A stretch of DNA of 64,000 nucleotides from Gemmatimonadota bacterium (GCA_963666735.1 OY762926.1:960001-1024000); one strand, 5' to 3'; counted from the stretch's first letter, positions 30,535-41,545 are shown. The notes: generated from the sequence alone by a model not told the origin. Numbers and translations are program-made.

Positions 30535-31488
30535 ATGGTCACTCGACGCGACTGGCTCCGCTCCACCGCCGCCGCCGGCGCCGCCCTCTCCCTGAACCCC
30601 CGCCTCCTGCGCGCCTTCCAGGGCCGGGAGATGATCACGCGGCCCGTTCCCTCCACCGGAGAGGAGCTACCGATCGTCGGCCTCGGGAGTTCCGCGACCT
30701 TCCAGCGCGTGGCGCGCGGTGACGACGTGACGCAGCTCGAGGGGGTGATGCAGGCGCTGGTCGATGGCGGGGGATCGGTCTTCGACACCGCTCCCGGCTA
30801 CGGCTCCTCCGAGGAGGTGGCGGGGGACATCTGCCAGAGGCTCGGCATCTCCGATCGCGTCTTCTGGGCGACCAAGGTGAACGTGGCCGGGCGGGGCGGC
30901 GGTTCCGCGGATCCGGACGCGGCACGGGCCCAGATCGAGCGCTCGTTCGAGTACTTCGGGGTTCCCGCCATCGACCTCATCCAGGTCCACAACCTGGGAG
31001 ATCCGCCGGTGCAGCTGGGGATTCTCGAAGAGCTGAAGGCGGCCGGGCGAGTCCGCTACATCGGGATCACGAGCACGAGCGCGCGACGGTACCCGGTGCT
31101 TGCGCAGGTGATGCGGGACTACCCCCTGGACTTCATCGGTGTCGACTACGCGGTCGACAATCTGGGCGCGGCCGAGGAGATCCTGCCGCTCGCGGCGGAA
31201 CGGGAGATCGGCGTGCTCGTGTACGTGCCGTTCGGGCGCACCCGGCTGTGGTCGCGCGTGGGGGACCGCGAGGTGCCCGAGTGGGGGAGCGAGTTCGACG
31301 CCCATTCGTGGGCCCAGTTCTTCATCAAGTTCGCCGCCGCGCACCCCGCCGTGACCGTGGTCACGCCCGCGACGAGCCGCGCGGAACACATGGTGGACAA
31401 CCTCGGCGGCGGCATGGGGCGCCTCCCCGACGAAGATCAGCAGCAGCGCATGGTCGAGTACGTGAGCCAGCTCCCCGAGGCCGGCTGA
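30535..31488 (+). CDS. Aldo/keto reductase with Tat signal
   Basis: TRRDWL, VGLGS, FDTAPGYGSSE, WATKV, IDLIQVHN. Confidence 0.9.
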   Translation: MVTRRDWLRSTAAAGAALSLNPRLLRAFQGREMITRPVPSTGEELPIVGLGSSATFQRVARGDDVTQLEGVMQALVDGGGSVFDTAPGYGSSEEVAGDICQRLGISDRVFWATKVNVAGRGGGSADPDAARAQIERSFEYFGVPAIDLIQVHNLGDPPVQLGILEELKAAGRVRYIGITSTSARRYPVLAQVMRDYPLDFIGVDYAVDNLGAAEEILPLAAEREIGVLVYVPFGRTRLWSRVGDREVPEWGSEFDAHSWAQFFIKFAAAHPAVTVVTPATSRAEHMVDNLGGGMGRLPDEDQQQRMVEYVSQLPEAG

Positions 31489-31561
31489 TCCACCTGCCGC
31501 CGACCGCTTGAGCGGAGGCCCGGGGCGTTCCCGCGGGAACGTCGCCCGGGCCTCCAGCCGC

Positions 31562-34500
31562 TCAGGAGACGAGTTCGACCGTTTCGTCGGCGGGATCGAC
31601 CGGGGCGAGTCCGAGACGCTCCAGTTCGCGGTTCACCGCAGCCAGTTCCACCCGCCACACGTCATCGAGGCGGGTCGTGTAGCCCTCGAGTTCGGCCACC
31701 ATGATCCCGAACACCTCGTACATCCCGCTCCCGGGCCGGCCGTCGCCGCGCTCCGACATCGAGAGCAGGTTCGCGAGCCGGTTGTTCACGCGGATCGGGA
31801 AGTTCAGCGGATCCTGGTTGCTGCGGTTCCGCACCTGGTAGATGTCCCCCTCCACTGCGGAAGCCGCCGTTCGCAGCGCGCCCGCGGCCTCCGCAAGCGC
31901 GGCGTCGTCCGAGGCTTCCAGCCGGTCGTCGAGTTGCGACTTCACCCGCCGGATGGCGATCACGGCCGAGTTGGCCTCGTCCACGCGCGCCCGGATCCGC
32001 ATCCCGAACTCGAACTGCTCCCGGAGGTCCTCGTCCGTCACCCCCTCGATCCAGGGATGCCGGGCAACCTCGATCTCCGTCGTCCGCACCGCGCCATCGG
32101 CCGTCAGCCGCACGGTGTACGTCCCCGGCGGCACGGCAGGCGCCATCGTGCGCACGCCCCACAGGATCATGCCGGGGAAGGTCGCGGCGGGAGCGACTCG
32201 CAGGTCCCACTGGAGCATGTTGAGCCCCGCCTCGGCCGGCAGCGCGGGTCCGGCCCAGCGGGCGCGGGCCGGGGGCGGCGCCGCCTCGCCCTCAGTCTCG
32301 CCCTCCCCCTCGCCCTCCACAGCCGTCGAATCGCCTTCGGCGGGCGGGTCCGGACGCGCGGCCGGCTCGTAGGTGCGCAGCACGGCGCCCGACGCGTCGA
32401 GAATCTCGAGCCGGGCCTCCTCCGGCGCCTCCCGGAACCACCACGAGAGCGTCGCCCCGTTGGCGGACCGGTGCGCGGTGGCCGGGTCGAACAGCGCGAC
32501 CGCCTCCTCCGTCAGCCCCGGATGCGCCTGCCGCAGCGGCGCCAGGTTGTCGAGCACCCAGAACCCGCGGCCGTGGCTCGCGATCGCCAGTTCGTTGTGC
32601 TCCACGATGACGTCCGAGACGGGCAGGTCCGGGAACCCCGGGTTCAACTCCTGCCAGTTCGCCCCGTCGTCGTACGACACGTACATGCCGTGCTGCGTCC
32701 CGGCGTACAGCAACCCTTCCCGGTTCGGGTCTTCGCGGACGGCATGCACATAGGCGTCGTCCCGGATCCCGTCCACGATCTTCGTCCACGTCGCCCCGTA
32801 GTCGTCCGTCCTCCAGATGTAGGGCGAGAGGTCGTTCAGGAGCGGCTTGCGCACGGAGACGTAGGCCCGCCCCGCGTCGAACGCCGAGGCGTCGATCTGG
32901 CTCACCCGCCCGAAGTCCGGCATGTCCGGCGGCGTCACGTCCGTCCACGTCGCACCGCCGTCGCGCGTCACGTGCACGAGGCCGTCGTCCGACCCCGCCC
33001 AGATCACGTCGATGTCCACCTTCCCCGGCCCGACCGAGAAGATGGTGGCGTAGACCTCCGGCCCGTTCATGTCCCCGGTGATCGGCCCGCCCGAATGGCC
33101 CAGCGTCATCGGGTCGGCGCGCGTGAGGTCGCCGCTGATCGCCTCCCAGTCGTCTCCCCCGTTCGTCGTCATCCACAGCCGGTTGGAGGACGTGTAGAGG
33201 ACGTTCGGATCGAGAGGCGAGAAGATGATGGGGAAGGTCCACTGCCAGCGTTCCACCATCTCGCTCGCCGGCTCGCCCGAGTAGAACCACGGGTAGGGGT
33301 TCACCTCGCGCGACGTGCCGAGCCGCCGGTTGAAGCGGTCGATGTAGCGCCCGTTGTTCGTTCCCGAGAAGAAGACGTCGAGGTTCTTGGGGTCCGGCGC
33401 GATGTAGCCCGGCTCCCCGCCTCCGGCGCGGTATGCGACCTCCATCGAACCTTCCGTGATGCTCGCCGGCTCACCGCCGAACGGAGGCGCCTGGCCGAAG
33501 CCGAAGCGGTTCGCGTTCCAGGCCGAGGGCAGGCAGAGCGTCGAGTTGTCCTGCTGCGATCCGCAAACGTGGAAGGGCACGTGGGCCGTGGTCACGCCGT
33601 GGTAGAACTGGGCGGTCGAAAACTCCTGGTCCGTCCAGTGCTGTCCCGTGTCGAAACTGACCGCGCCGCCGCCGTCGTTGGCCACGATGAGGTGGGCGGG
33701 GTCCTCCGGGCTGATCCAGAAGTCGTGGAAGTCCCCGTGCGTCCCGTTGTTGATGACCTCGTACGTCTCGCCGCCGTCGGTCGAGTGGAAGAGCGAGGTG
33801 TTCTGCACGTACACGACATCGGGGTCGTGGTGGTCGGCGAACACGTGCGTGTAGTAGAAGGCGCGCTGCCGGATGCGGCGCTCGTCGTTGACCAGTTCCC
33901 ACGTCGCGCCGCCGTCGTCGCTCCGGAAGAGGCCTCCGTCCGCGTGCTCGAACAGGGCGAAGACGCGCCCGGAGTTCGCGCTCGAGACGGCGAGCCCGAT
34001 CCGCCCCACGACCCCCTCCGCCGGCATGCCGGGGTTCCGCGTGATCTCCGTCCACGTGTCCCCCCCGTCGGTGCTCTTGAACATCCCGCTCCCGGGACCG
34101 CCCGAGGACATCGTGTATTCCTTGCGGAAGGCCTCCCAGAGCGCCGCGTAGATGACGTCCGGGTCATTGCGGTCGAGGGCGATGTCCACCGCCCCCGTGC
34201 GCTCGTCGCGGAAGAGGATGCGCTCCCAGGTGTCGCCCCCATCCGTGCTCCGGAACAGGCCGCGCTCCTCGCTCGGCGCGCCGTATTTTCCGAACGATGC
34301 GACATAGACGATGTTCGGGTCCGTGGGATGGATGCGGATCTTGGCGATGCCGTGCGACTCGGAGAATCCGACGTGCTCCCACGTCTCGCCGGCGTCGCGG
34401 CTCCGGTAGACGCCGTCCCCCGGCATGATGTTGCCGCGGATGCACGTCTCGCCGGTCCCGATGAAGACGAGGTCCGGATCGGTCTCCGAGACGGCGACCG

Positions 34501-34834
34501 CCCCGACGGAGGCCGAGGTGATCTTGAAGTCGGTGACCGGGAACCAGTTTTCTCCGCCGTCGGTCGTCTTCCACAGTCCCCCGCCGGTGGCGCCGAAGTA
34601 GCCCTCCAGCGGCCGCCCCACGACGCCGCTCGCCGCAATGGAGCGCCCTCCCCGGTCGGGACCGAGGTTGCGCCAGCGGTACCCCGCCAGGAACGCGGAA
34701 TCCAGCGTGACCGCTCCGGGGGCGACTTCCTGCGCGGTCAGCGCGGCGGGCCCGGCGGGACCCGCCAGCGGTGCGAGGGGTGCGAAGAGGGCGAGCGCCA
34801 GCAACAAGGAGATGCGACGCGGGATGCGGTTCAT
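31562..34834 (-). CDS. Secreted VPS10/sortilin-like BNR-repeat glycosyl hydrolase
   Basis: Signal peptide, WRNLGPDRGGRS, many SxDGGxTW Asp-box repeats. Confidence 0.88.
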   Translation of the reverse strand: MNRIPRRISLLLALALFAPLAPLAGPAGPAALTAQEVAPGAVTLDSAFLAGYRWRNLGPDRGGRSIAASGVVGRPLEGYFGATGGGLWKTTDGGENWFPVTDFKITSASVGAVAVSETDPDLVFIGTGETCIRGNIMPGDGVYRSRDAGETWEHVGFSESHGIAKIRIHPTDPNIVYVASFGKYGAPSEERGLFRSTDGGDTWERILFRDERTGAVDIALDRNDPDVIYAALWEAFRKEYTMSSGGPGSGMFKSTDGGDTWTEITRNPGMPAEGVVGRIGLAVSSANSGRVFALFEHADGGLFRSDDGGATWELVNDERRIRQRAFYYTHVFADHHDPDVVYVQNTSLFHSTDGGETYEVINNGTHGDFHDFWISPEDPAHLIVANDGGGAVSFDTGQHWTDQEFSTAQFYHGVTTAHVPFHVCGSQQDNSTLCLPSAWNANRFGFGQAPPFGGEPASITEGSMEVAYRAGGGEPGYIAPDPKNLDVFFSGTNNGRYIDRFNRRLGTSREVNPYPWFYSGEPASEMVERWQWTFPIIFSPLDPNVLYTSSNRLWMTTNGGDDWEAISGDLTRADPMTLGHSGGPITGDMNGPEVYATIFSVGPGKVDIDVIWAGSDDGLVHVTRDGGATWTDVTPPDMPDFGRVSQIDASAFDAGRAYVSVRKPLLNDLSPYIWRTDDYGATWTKIVDGIRDDAYVHAVREDPNREGLLYAGTQHGMYVSYDDGANWQELNPGFPDLPVSDVIVEHNELAIASHGRGFWVLDNLAPLRQAHPGLTEEAVALFDPATAHRSANGATLSWWFREAPEEARLEILDASGAVLRTYEPAARPDPPAEGDSTAVEGEGEGETEGEAAPPPARARWAGPALPAEAGLNMLQWDLRVAPAATFPGMILWGVRTMAPAVPPGTYTVRLTADGAVRTTEIEVARHPWIEGVTDEDLREQFEFGMRIRARVDEANSAVIAIRRVKSQLDDRLEASDDAALAEAAGALRTAASAVEGDIYQVRNRSNQDPLNFPIRVNNRLANLLSMSERGDGRPGSGMYEVFGIMVAELEGYTTRLDDVWRVELAAVNRELERLGLAPVDPADETVELVS

Positions 34835-34919
34835 GGCGAGGCTCCGTACCTGATCGTCGACGGCGGCTGATCGTCCGCCGAAGATAGGCGCGGATCGAGG
34901 GGCGGCGGAAGGCGGCCCG

Positions 34920-35336
34920 TCAACCTCCGCCGGAACCGTTGGAGCGCTTCTTCGGCCCGCCCGGCGTTGACGAAGGCGACTCGGGAGCTTCGTCAGCTTC
35001 GTCAAGCTCCGATTTCGTCTCCTCCGTCTCCTCCGACTCTTCGGCGCTCCCACACGTCACGACGATTTCCATGGGCGAGTAGATGCCGAGCGTGAGCGCC
35101 GAAACGAGCTGGTTCATGAAGGAAATTCGTGTTTCGACGATCGCCACCCCGTCCTCGCCACACCCCGTGCCGGCATCGACCCTGTCCGGCGGCACGACCC
35201 CGTCCAGGTAACTGTCCACCCATTTGTCTTCGACCTTTCGGGGCCCGGGTTCGATGCCGGTCACGACGACCGCGTGGTGGCTGGCACAGCCCGTGAGCAG
35301 CGAGACTGCGGCAATGGTCGTGACGATGCGGATCAT
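34920..35336 (-). CDS. Bor/Iss-family lipoprotein
   Basis: LLTGC lipobox; C-G..GVAIVETRISFMNQLVSALTLGIYSPMEIVVTC; acidic tail. Confidence 0.8.
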   Translation of the reverse strand: MIRIVTTIAAVSLLTGCASHHAVVVTGIEPGPRKVEDKWVDSYLDGVVPPDRVDAGTGCGEDGVAIVETRISFMNQLVSALTLGIYSPMEIVVTCGSAEESEETEETKSELDEADEAPESPSSTPGGPKKRSNGSGGG

Positions 35337-35509
35337 GGCAACCGCCCTTGTGGAGGTTCGACTGGTGCGTCGGTCAGCTCGGAGACGATCGGCAGGATCC
35401 AGAGGTCACGTCACGTTTCGCAGTTTCTCAACGGCGCCCTACGGAGAAAGGCTCACCTCGCCATCTGCACCAATCGCGTATCTTGCCGGATGGGCGACAC
35501 CAGCGCGAG

Positions 35510-36421
35510 ATGACGGCACCAGCGGCGGAGGATCGGGGCGTGTTGGATCTGACCAGACGGATACGCACGGAACAGGCAAGGGGGGAACGGGCAAGGGTGG
35601 GGTATCTCGGCCCCCCCGGGACGTTCAGCGAGCAGGCGGCGATGCGTTACAATCGCAGGGCGCGTCACGTCGCTTTCGGGGATATCGCGGGTGTCGTCCG
35701 GGCCGCGGAAACGGGGGAAGTGGACGAGGCCATCGTCCCGCTGGAGAACAGCACGGAGGGGGCCGTCACGCTGACGACGGACCTCCTCGTCCACCAGACG
35801 GACCTCCGGATCCGCCGCGAAGTCGTCCTCCCGATCCACCACTGCCTGCTGACGGAGGGCAGCGTCGGTCTCAACGAGGTGCGGGTCGTCTATTCGCATC
35901 CGCAGGCCATCGCCCAGTGCCGGAAGTACCTGGCGCGTCATCTTCCGCAGGCGGAACCCGTGGCTTCGTTGAGCACGGTGAGCGCCGTTCGGGACATGCA
36001 GACCGGCGGGCGGGGGGCGGCGGCCATATCGAGCTGGCGGGCGGCCGAGGTTCTCGGCGCCTTCGTGCGCGCGACCGACATCGAGGACATCCCGGGGAAC
36101 CGCACCCGGTTCGTCGTGCTGGCGCGCGAGGATCACGAGTCGACGGGGAGGGACAAGACCTCGATCTGCTTCGACTTCTCGGCGGACGGCCCGGGGACGC
36201 TCTACCTCTCGCTCGGCGAGTTGGCGGACCGGCGGATCAACATGCTCAAGATCGAATCGCGCCCCGCGAAGAGCAGTCTCGGGCGGTACATCTTCCTCAT
36301 CGACTTCGAGGGACACCGCACCGACCCGGTCGTGGCGGAGGCCCTCGACTGCATCAGGAAGCGAGCATCGTCCTTCAAGATTCTGGGCTCCTATCCGCGG
36401 GCCTCCGAACCGGCCCGGTAA
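35510..36421 (+). CDS. pheA: Prephenate dehydratase (PDT + ACT, no chorismate mutase domain)
   Basis: YLGPPGTFSEQA, VPLENSTEG, SHPQAIAQC, NRTRF, KIESRP. Confidence 0.92.
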   Translation: MTAPAAEDRGVLDLTRRIRTEQARGERARVGYLGPPGTFSEQAAMRYNRRARHVAFGDIAGVVRAAETGEVDEAIVPLENSTEGAVTLTTDLLVHQTDLRIRREVVLPIHHCLLTEGSVGLNEVRVVYSHPQAIAQCRKYLARHLPQAEPVASLSTVSAVRDMQTGGRGAAAISSWRAAEVLGAFVRATDIEDIPGNRTRFVVLAREDHESTGRDKTSICFDFSADGPGTLYLSLGELADRRINMLKIESRPAKSSLGRYIFLIDFEGHRTDPVVAEALDCIRKRASSFKILGSYPRASEPAR

Positions 36422-36430
36422 CGTCCGGAG

Positions 36431-37822
36431 CTATCCGGAGACCCTCGGCGGCATGCCCATCCGGTCCAGGTTCGTCCCGAGTACCGCTTCCACGGCGGCC
36501 GCCCGGTCCAGCAGGGCGAGGTCTCCCCGCGCAGGGCCGATGAGCTGCAGGCCGACGGGCATCGCCGCTTCGTCCAGCCCTGCGGGAAGCGAGATCGCGC
36601 ACATGTCGAGCATGCTGGCGGGGCACGTGCCGGAGAGCATGGCGCGGTTGGCCTTCCGGTAGGCATCGAGCCGGGCGAGGGCGGCGAGCGGCGGCGGCGA
36701 GACCGGGAGCGTGGGCGCCGCGAGGATATCGATCCGCTCGGCGGCAAGGCGCTCGTGCATGCGGGCCGAGAGCCGGCGGCGGTGCTGGCGCGCGGCGATA
36801 TACTCGAGCGCGGGCACGCCGGCCGCCGCTTCCAGCCGAGTGCCGATGATCGGATCCAGGAGCGGAATCCAGTCGGGCAACTCGCGCTCGAGGAACTCCA
36901 CGAACTCGGGCTGGACGATCGGTCCGGAGAGGTAGCGTTCCCCCGCTTCATCCAACTCGGGAGCCTCGATTTCGAGTACGTCCGCGCCGACGGCCCGAAG
37001 CTCTTCCAACGCACCCTCGACCGCGGCCGCGACGGCGGAGTCCGCGTCCGTCCACAGCCGGGAGGCGGGGACGCCGATCCTCAGCCCCGCGATGCCTTCC
37101 GGGACCGGGGCATCCGGCTCGTCCGCGGCTCGCGCGGGCGGGTCGATGGCGCGGAAGGCGTAGCGCAGGTCCTCCGCGGTGTGGGCGAGCATCCCCACCG
37201 TGTCGAGTGAGGTGCTGAGGGGAACGACGCCCGTCGTCGGCCAGCGGCCCGTCGTGGGACGGAAGCCGACCACCCCCGTCGCCGAAGCGGGGATGCGGAT
37301 CGAGCCCCCCGTGTCCGTGCCGAGGGCGATCCGGGCCGACCCTTCCCACAGACTCACCCCGGCGCCGGCGGACGAGCCGCCCGGGGCCCGGTGCTCGACC
37401 GGATCCCACGGATTCACGGGCGTCCCCGTGTTGGGGTTCAGCCCGACCCCGCCGAAAGCGAACTCGACGGTGTGCGTCTTGCCGGTGAACATGGCGCCCA
37501 TCCGGCGCAGCGACGTCACGAGGAAGCCTTCGGACAAGGCGGGGAGCACCCTCCTGGTCCCGGCGCACAACGGGTATCCTTCGAGGCCGTACAGATCCTT
37601 GACGGAGACGGTGATGCCCGCCAGAGGGCCCGGGTCCCGGCCGCGGGAGACCGCATCATGGATGGCGCCCGCTTGCCGCCGCAGAGCCCCGGCGTCGAAC
37701 GCGACGTATGCGTTCAGGTCGCTGGCCTCGTGGCGGCGGATCGCCGTTTCGGCCTCCCGCCGGGCTCCCCCGCGACCCCCTCGGACGTCCGCCGCGACGC
37801 GCCGGATGGGCACGCGAGTCAC
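36431..37822 (-). CDS. Amidase-signature family amidase
   Basis: SVKDL, GKTHTVEFA, PGGSSAG, GTDTGGSIRIPAS. Confidence 0.92.
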   Translation of the reverse strand: MTRVPIRRVAADVRGGRGGARREAETAIRRHEASDLNAYVAFDAGALRRQAGAIHDAVSRGRDPGPLAGITVSVKDLYGLEGYPLCAGTRRVLPALSEGFLVTSLRRMGAMFTGKTHTVEFAFGGVGLNPNTGTPVNPWDPVEHRAPGGSSAGAGVSLWEGSARIALGTDTGGSIRIPASATGVVGFRPTTGRWPTTGVVPLSTSLDTVGMLAHTAEDLRYAFRAIDPPARAADEPDAPVPEGIAGLRIGVPASRLWTDADSAVAAAVEGALEELRAVGADVLEIEAPELDEAGERYLSGPIVQPEFVEFLERELPDWIPLLDPIIGTRLEAAAGVPALEYIAARQHRRRLSARMHERLAAERIDILAAPTLPVSPPPLAALARLDAYRKANRAMLSGTCPASMLDMCAISLPAGLDEAAMPVGLQLIGPARGDLALLDRAAAVEAVLGTNLDRMGMPPRVSG

Positions 37823-37826
37823 TGCG

Positions 37827-38792
37827 TTACGGCCGAACCTTCATGTTGGCACTCAGCGCCCAATAACCCAGCCGAGCGAAGTCCAGCGTCGAGACGAAGG
37901 GTGTCACGGCGTCCGCATGCACCGGCGCGTGGCTCCGGATCGTCGTCCACTGCGCGTCCACGCTCACGTCGGGCGTCTGCATCCAGCGGCCCTTCAGACC
38001 GATGGAGACCTGGCCGGAGACGGCGTAGTCCAGGCCGGCCAGAAGCTGAAATCCGAGTCCGGTCTCGGACACATCCGCCGTCAACTCGCTCACGGTTCCC
38101 GCCGCGGCGCGCTGCCAGTCGGGCGAGGCGCCGGGCTCGGCGCGCGATCCGCCGAAGGCCTCGAGGTAGCCCTCCGCGATCGACTTGCGGGCAAAGCCGA
38201 GGTAATGGCGGTAGGCGACCTGGGAGAGTCCCCCTCCCACCCCGACAAAGGGCGTCAGGCGGCTTCCGGTCGGCACCGAGTAGGTGAGGTTGGCGAAGAA
38301 CTGCCGGCCCCGGAACTCGGAGATGTCCCCCCACGGCGGCCGGTCCGGGCTCCATTCCGTGTCCTTCCCCGTGATCGCGGCCCCCGACTGCGTACCGAGC
38401 GTCAGGAGCGTGTGGTGGATGACCTGGTGCCGCTGGAACGCTTCCACCTCGATGTTCAGCGGCCCGAGCGTGTAACCGGCGGCGAGGCTGCCGCCGAGTC
38501 CCGGCTCCGGGTCGTACGAGTACAGGCCGCCCAACTCGGAGCCCGCGAGGCAGCCCGCGTCCCTGGGCGCATCGGCCAGGTTGGGGTACAGCAGCCGGTC
38601 GCAACGGGTGGGGCTGTTCGGCCCGGACAGCGTCGACTCGGTACCGGATCCCTGCACGAAACCCACGCCCATGGACACGTAGAACCCGCGCGAACTCTGG
38701 GCGGAGAGCGTCGAGGCTCCGGCAAGCATGACGGTGGCAAGCACGACCGCAGCCGCGAAGATTCGACTCTGTGCTAATCCTGGATTTTGCAT
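37827..38792 (-). CDS. Outer-membrane beta-barrel protein with long loops (OmpA-TM/P44-Msp2-like)
   Basis: Signal peptide, GFYVSMG, TPFVGVGGG, GFQLLAGLDY alternating strands. Confidence 0.7.
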   Translation of the reverse strand: MQNPGLAQSRIFAAAVVLATVMLAGASTLSAQSSRGFYVSMGVGFVQGSGTESTLSGPNSPTRCDRLLYPNLADAPRDAGCLAGSELGGLYSYDPEPGLGGSLAAGYTLGPLNIEVEAFQRHQVIHHTLLTLGTQSGAAITGKDTEWSPDRPPWGDISEFRGRQFFANLTYSVPTGSRLTPFVGVGGGLSQVAYRHYLGFARKSIAEGYLEAFGGSRAEPGASPDWQRAAAGTVSELTADVSETGLGFQLLAGLDYAVSGQVSIGLKGRWMQTPDVSVDAQWTTIRSHAPVHADAVTPFVSTLDFARLGYWALSANMKVRP

Positions 38793-40076
38793 GATTGTCA
38801 CTCGTGTAGATGGTACTGGTTCTGTTGGCACGCCCGCGCCGCGGCAGTCTCCGAGCCGGCGGGCACTCTCCCAGAATACAGCGCACGGGAGGTGGCTGCG
38901 CGGTCGATCTGACCCGCCACCTCGAGCGGCGTGTCCCACGCGGTCACGAAGGCGACGGAAGCCAACAACTTCGGAGCGCAACGCCCCTGTCTTGACGGCG
39001 GATGTCAGACGAATCGTTCGAGCCCGCCGGGGAGCCTCGCGAGAACCTGGCGGCACTCGATGGCCTCCGAAAACGTCGGCTCGTCGATCGCATGCCGGAT
39101 CGGAGCGCCCAATGGTCAGTTCGCCGGCAGGGCAGCGGTCAAGGATTCCCTCACCACTGAACGGCGATGAATCGCCTCGTCCCGAGCCGTCGCCGTCTGA
39201 GCACTTATCGTGTCTCGATCAGATGTTTCGCGATTCCATGGGCTGCACGTATCGCCTTGGGATTGGGATGGCCAGCACAGAAGATCAGCTCGAACAGCGG
39301 CGATTCTCGAGAGTTCAGCAGGGTCAGGGATTGCTCAAGGAGACGATCTCCGAACACGTCCCGCAGCTGTGCCTTGTAGATGGCCACCAAGCCATCGACG
39401 CCGGCATCCCGTTCGGTGCCTGATTGGTCGAACAACCCGAATTGCGCGGCGGGATGGTAGAGGTTGCGCCAGCCATCACTTCCGTACACGCGATTCAAAC
39501 GCGCTTCCCACCCCTGCTCGACGTCACTCGGATCTCTCGAACGCGGGAGCATCCTGCCGATACTGCTGGCCGGGAAAAGCAGCCACATGTCAAGCCTCTC
39601 GAGGCTCGCGATCTTCTCCGCCGTCGACCAATCGAACTGAGTCCCGAACGGATCCACGAAGAGGACACCTCGCCAATTCCCATACTCGAATCGCCGCAAC
39701 CCGCGTAGGAACTCGTTAGCGTCGGCGTTTAGGACATCGATCCGTCGATCAGCGTACTCGAGTTTCAGCTCCTCCAAGCTTGCGGAACGCTCCGAGTCCG
39801 CCTCCACGAATACCAGGCGATCAAACCGGCGGTCCTCCACGAGTAGAGCCCGTTCGGCGGATCCCATGATGAAGGCGCGAGCTTCCCGCGCGTCGGCCTC
39901 GGCGTCGCACCCGGACGTCGGGCTGATCCTCCCCGTTCCCGCGAAGGCATCGATGTACACGAGATCAAAAGACTGGTTCTTCAGGGCCCTCTCTGCCAAC
40001 ACGCGCGAGACACGAGAGGAGCAAGAGATTAGAGTAGGGCGAGACAGAGAGATTGAGGATGGAACGAGGAGAAGGA

Positions 40077-40511
40077 ATGAAGGTGAACGGAACGCCCCTC
40101 TCTTCAGGGGAGGGCGGGCGAAGCGCGGCGGCTTCCGCGGCGGATCCGGAGGTGTCGGCGAAGGCGACGCGGCGGCGCTTCACGGCGGCGTACAAGCTGT
40201 CGATCGTCGAGGAGGCGGACGCCTGCGAGACGTCGGGCGAGATCGGAGCGTTGCTTCGGCGCGAGGGATTGTACGGCTCGCACCTGTCGGCGTGGCGGAA
40301 AGCGGCGCGGGAGGGATCGCTGCGGGGGCTGGCGAAGAGACGCGGACCGAAGCCCTCGGGCGGGAAGCGTGAGGCGAGGAGGGTGCGGAAGCTGGAGCGG
40401 GAGAACGCGCGGTTGCGCGAGGAACTCCGCAAGGCGCGCATCATCATCGATGTCCAGGGAAAAGTTGCGGGGCTGCCGGGCGTGAGCCCCGGGGACGGGA
40501 AGCGCTCTTGA
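40077..40511 (+). CDS. IS3 transposase OrfA (HTH + coiled coil)
   Basis: RRRFTAAYKLSIV...GALLRREGLYGSHLSAWR...LERENARL; slippery G-GGA-AAA at 40457-40463. Confidence 0.88.
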   Translation: MKVNGTPLSSGEGGRSAAASAADPEVSAKATRRRFTAAYKLSIVEEADACETSGEIGALLRREGLYGSHLSAWRKAAREGSLRGLAKRRGPKPSGGKREARRVRKLERENARLREELRKARIIIDVQGKVAGLPGVSPGDGKRS

Positions 40512-41545
40512 GCGCGGCCGGAGGCTTGGCCGGGCACGTGGGCGTACGCGCGGCGTGCGAGGCCCTCGGGGTCGCGCGCGCCACGTTCTACCGTCGCCGG
40601 AGGCCGAAGACCGGGCGGCGGCGGCCCCGGCCGGCTCCCGCCCGGGCCCTGGACGCGGCGGAGCGGGCGGAGGTCTTCGGCGTGCTGTGCTCGCCGCGCT
40701 TCGCCGACCGCGCGCCGGCGGAGGTGTACGCGACGCTGCTGGACGAGGGCGTCTATCTGTGTTCGGAGCGGACGATGTACCGGATCCTGGCCGAGAACCG
40801 GGCGGTCCGCGAGCGCCGGGCTCAGCGCAGCCATCCCAACCACCCGAAGCCCGAGGTGGTGGCCAAGGCACCGAACGAGGTGTGGTCTTGGGACATCACC
40901 CGGCTGCTGGCGCCGGAGAAGTGGCGGTACTTCTATCTGTACGTGATCCTGGACATCTACAGCCGCTACGTCACCGGATGGATGGTGGCGGAGCGCGAGA
41001 CCGCAGGCCTGGCCGGACACTTGGTCGGCGAGACGTGTCTCAGGCACGGTGTGCGGCCCCGGGTCCTCACGCTGCACTCGGATCGGGGATCCCCCATGAC
41101 GGCCAAGTGCACGGCGCAGCTCCTGGCCGACCTGGGCGTCACGCAGTCGCTGGGCCGCCCCAGGGTCTCGAACGACAACCCGTACTCGGAGGCGCACTTC
41201 AAGACCCTCAAGTATCACCCGGGCTTCCCCGGTCGGTTCGGCTGCATCGAGGAGGCGAAGGACTTCTGCCGGGAGTTCTTCCAGTGGTACAACACCCAAC
41301 ACCGCCACGGCGGCATCGGCCTGCTCACCCCCGAGCAGGTCCACCTCGGCCGCGCCCCCGAGGTGATCGAGCAACGGCGGAACGTGCTGGCCGCGGCCTA
41401 CGCCGCCCGCCCCGACCGCTTCGTCGTCGGCCCGCCGAGGGCTGTGGAACTCCCGGAGGAAGTCTGGATCAACCGCGCACTCCCCGTCACGCCGGTTGAT
41501 GGATCGGAGTCGGCCAACGGGAGGAAGGAGGCCTCACTAAACTGA
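40508..41545 (+). CDS. IS3 transposase OrfB (rve DDE core)
   Basis: PNEVWSWDIT, LDIYSRY, LHSDRGS, NDNPYSEAHFKTLKY. Confidence 0.92.
   Translation: MSAAGGLAGHVGVRAACEALGVARATFYRRRRPKTGRRRPRPAPARALDAAERAEVFGVLCSPRFADRAPAEVYATLLDEGVYLCSERTMYRILAENRAVRERRAQRSHPNHPKPEVVAKAPNEVWSWDITRLLAPEKWRYFYLYVILDIYSRYVTGWMVAERETAGLAGHLVGETCLRHGVRPRVLTLHSDRGSPMTAKCTAQLLADLGVTQSLGRPRVSNDNPYSEAHFKTLKYHPGFPGRFGCIEEAKDFCREFFQWYNTQHRHGGIGLLTPEQVHLGRAPEVIEQRRNVLAAAYAARPDRFVVGPPRAVELPEEVWINRALPVTPVDGSESANGRKEASLN

Noticed and set aside
35348..35509. In-frame extension upstream of pheA as a chorismate mutase domain
   Set aside because: The translation does not resemble AroQ; treated as non-coding.
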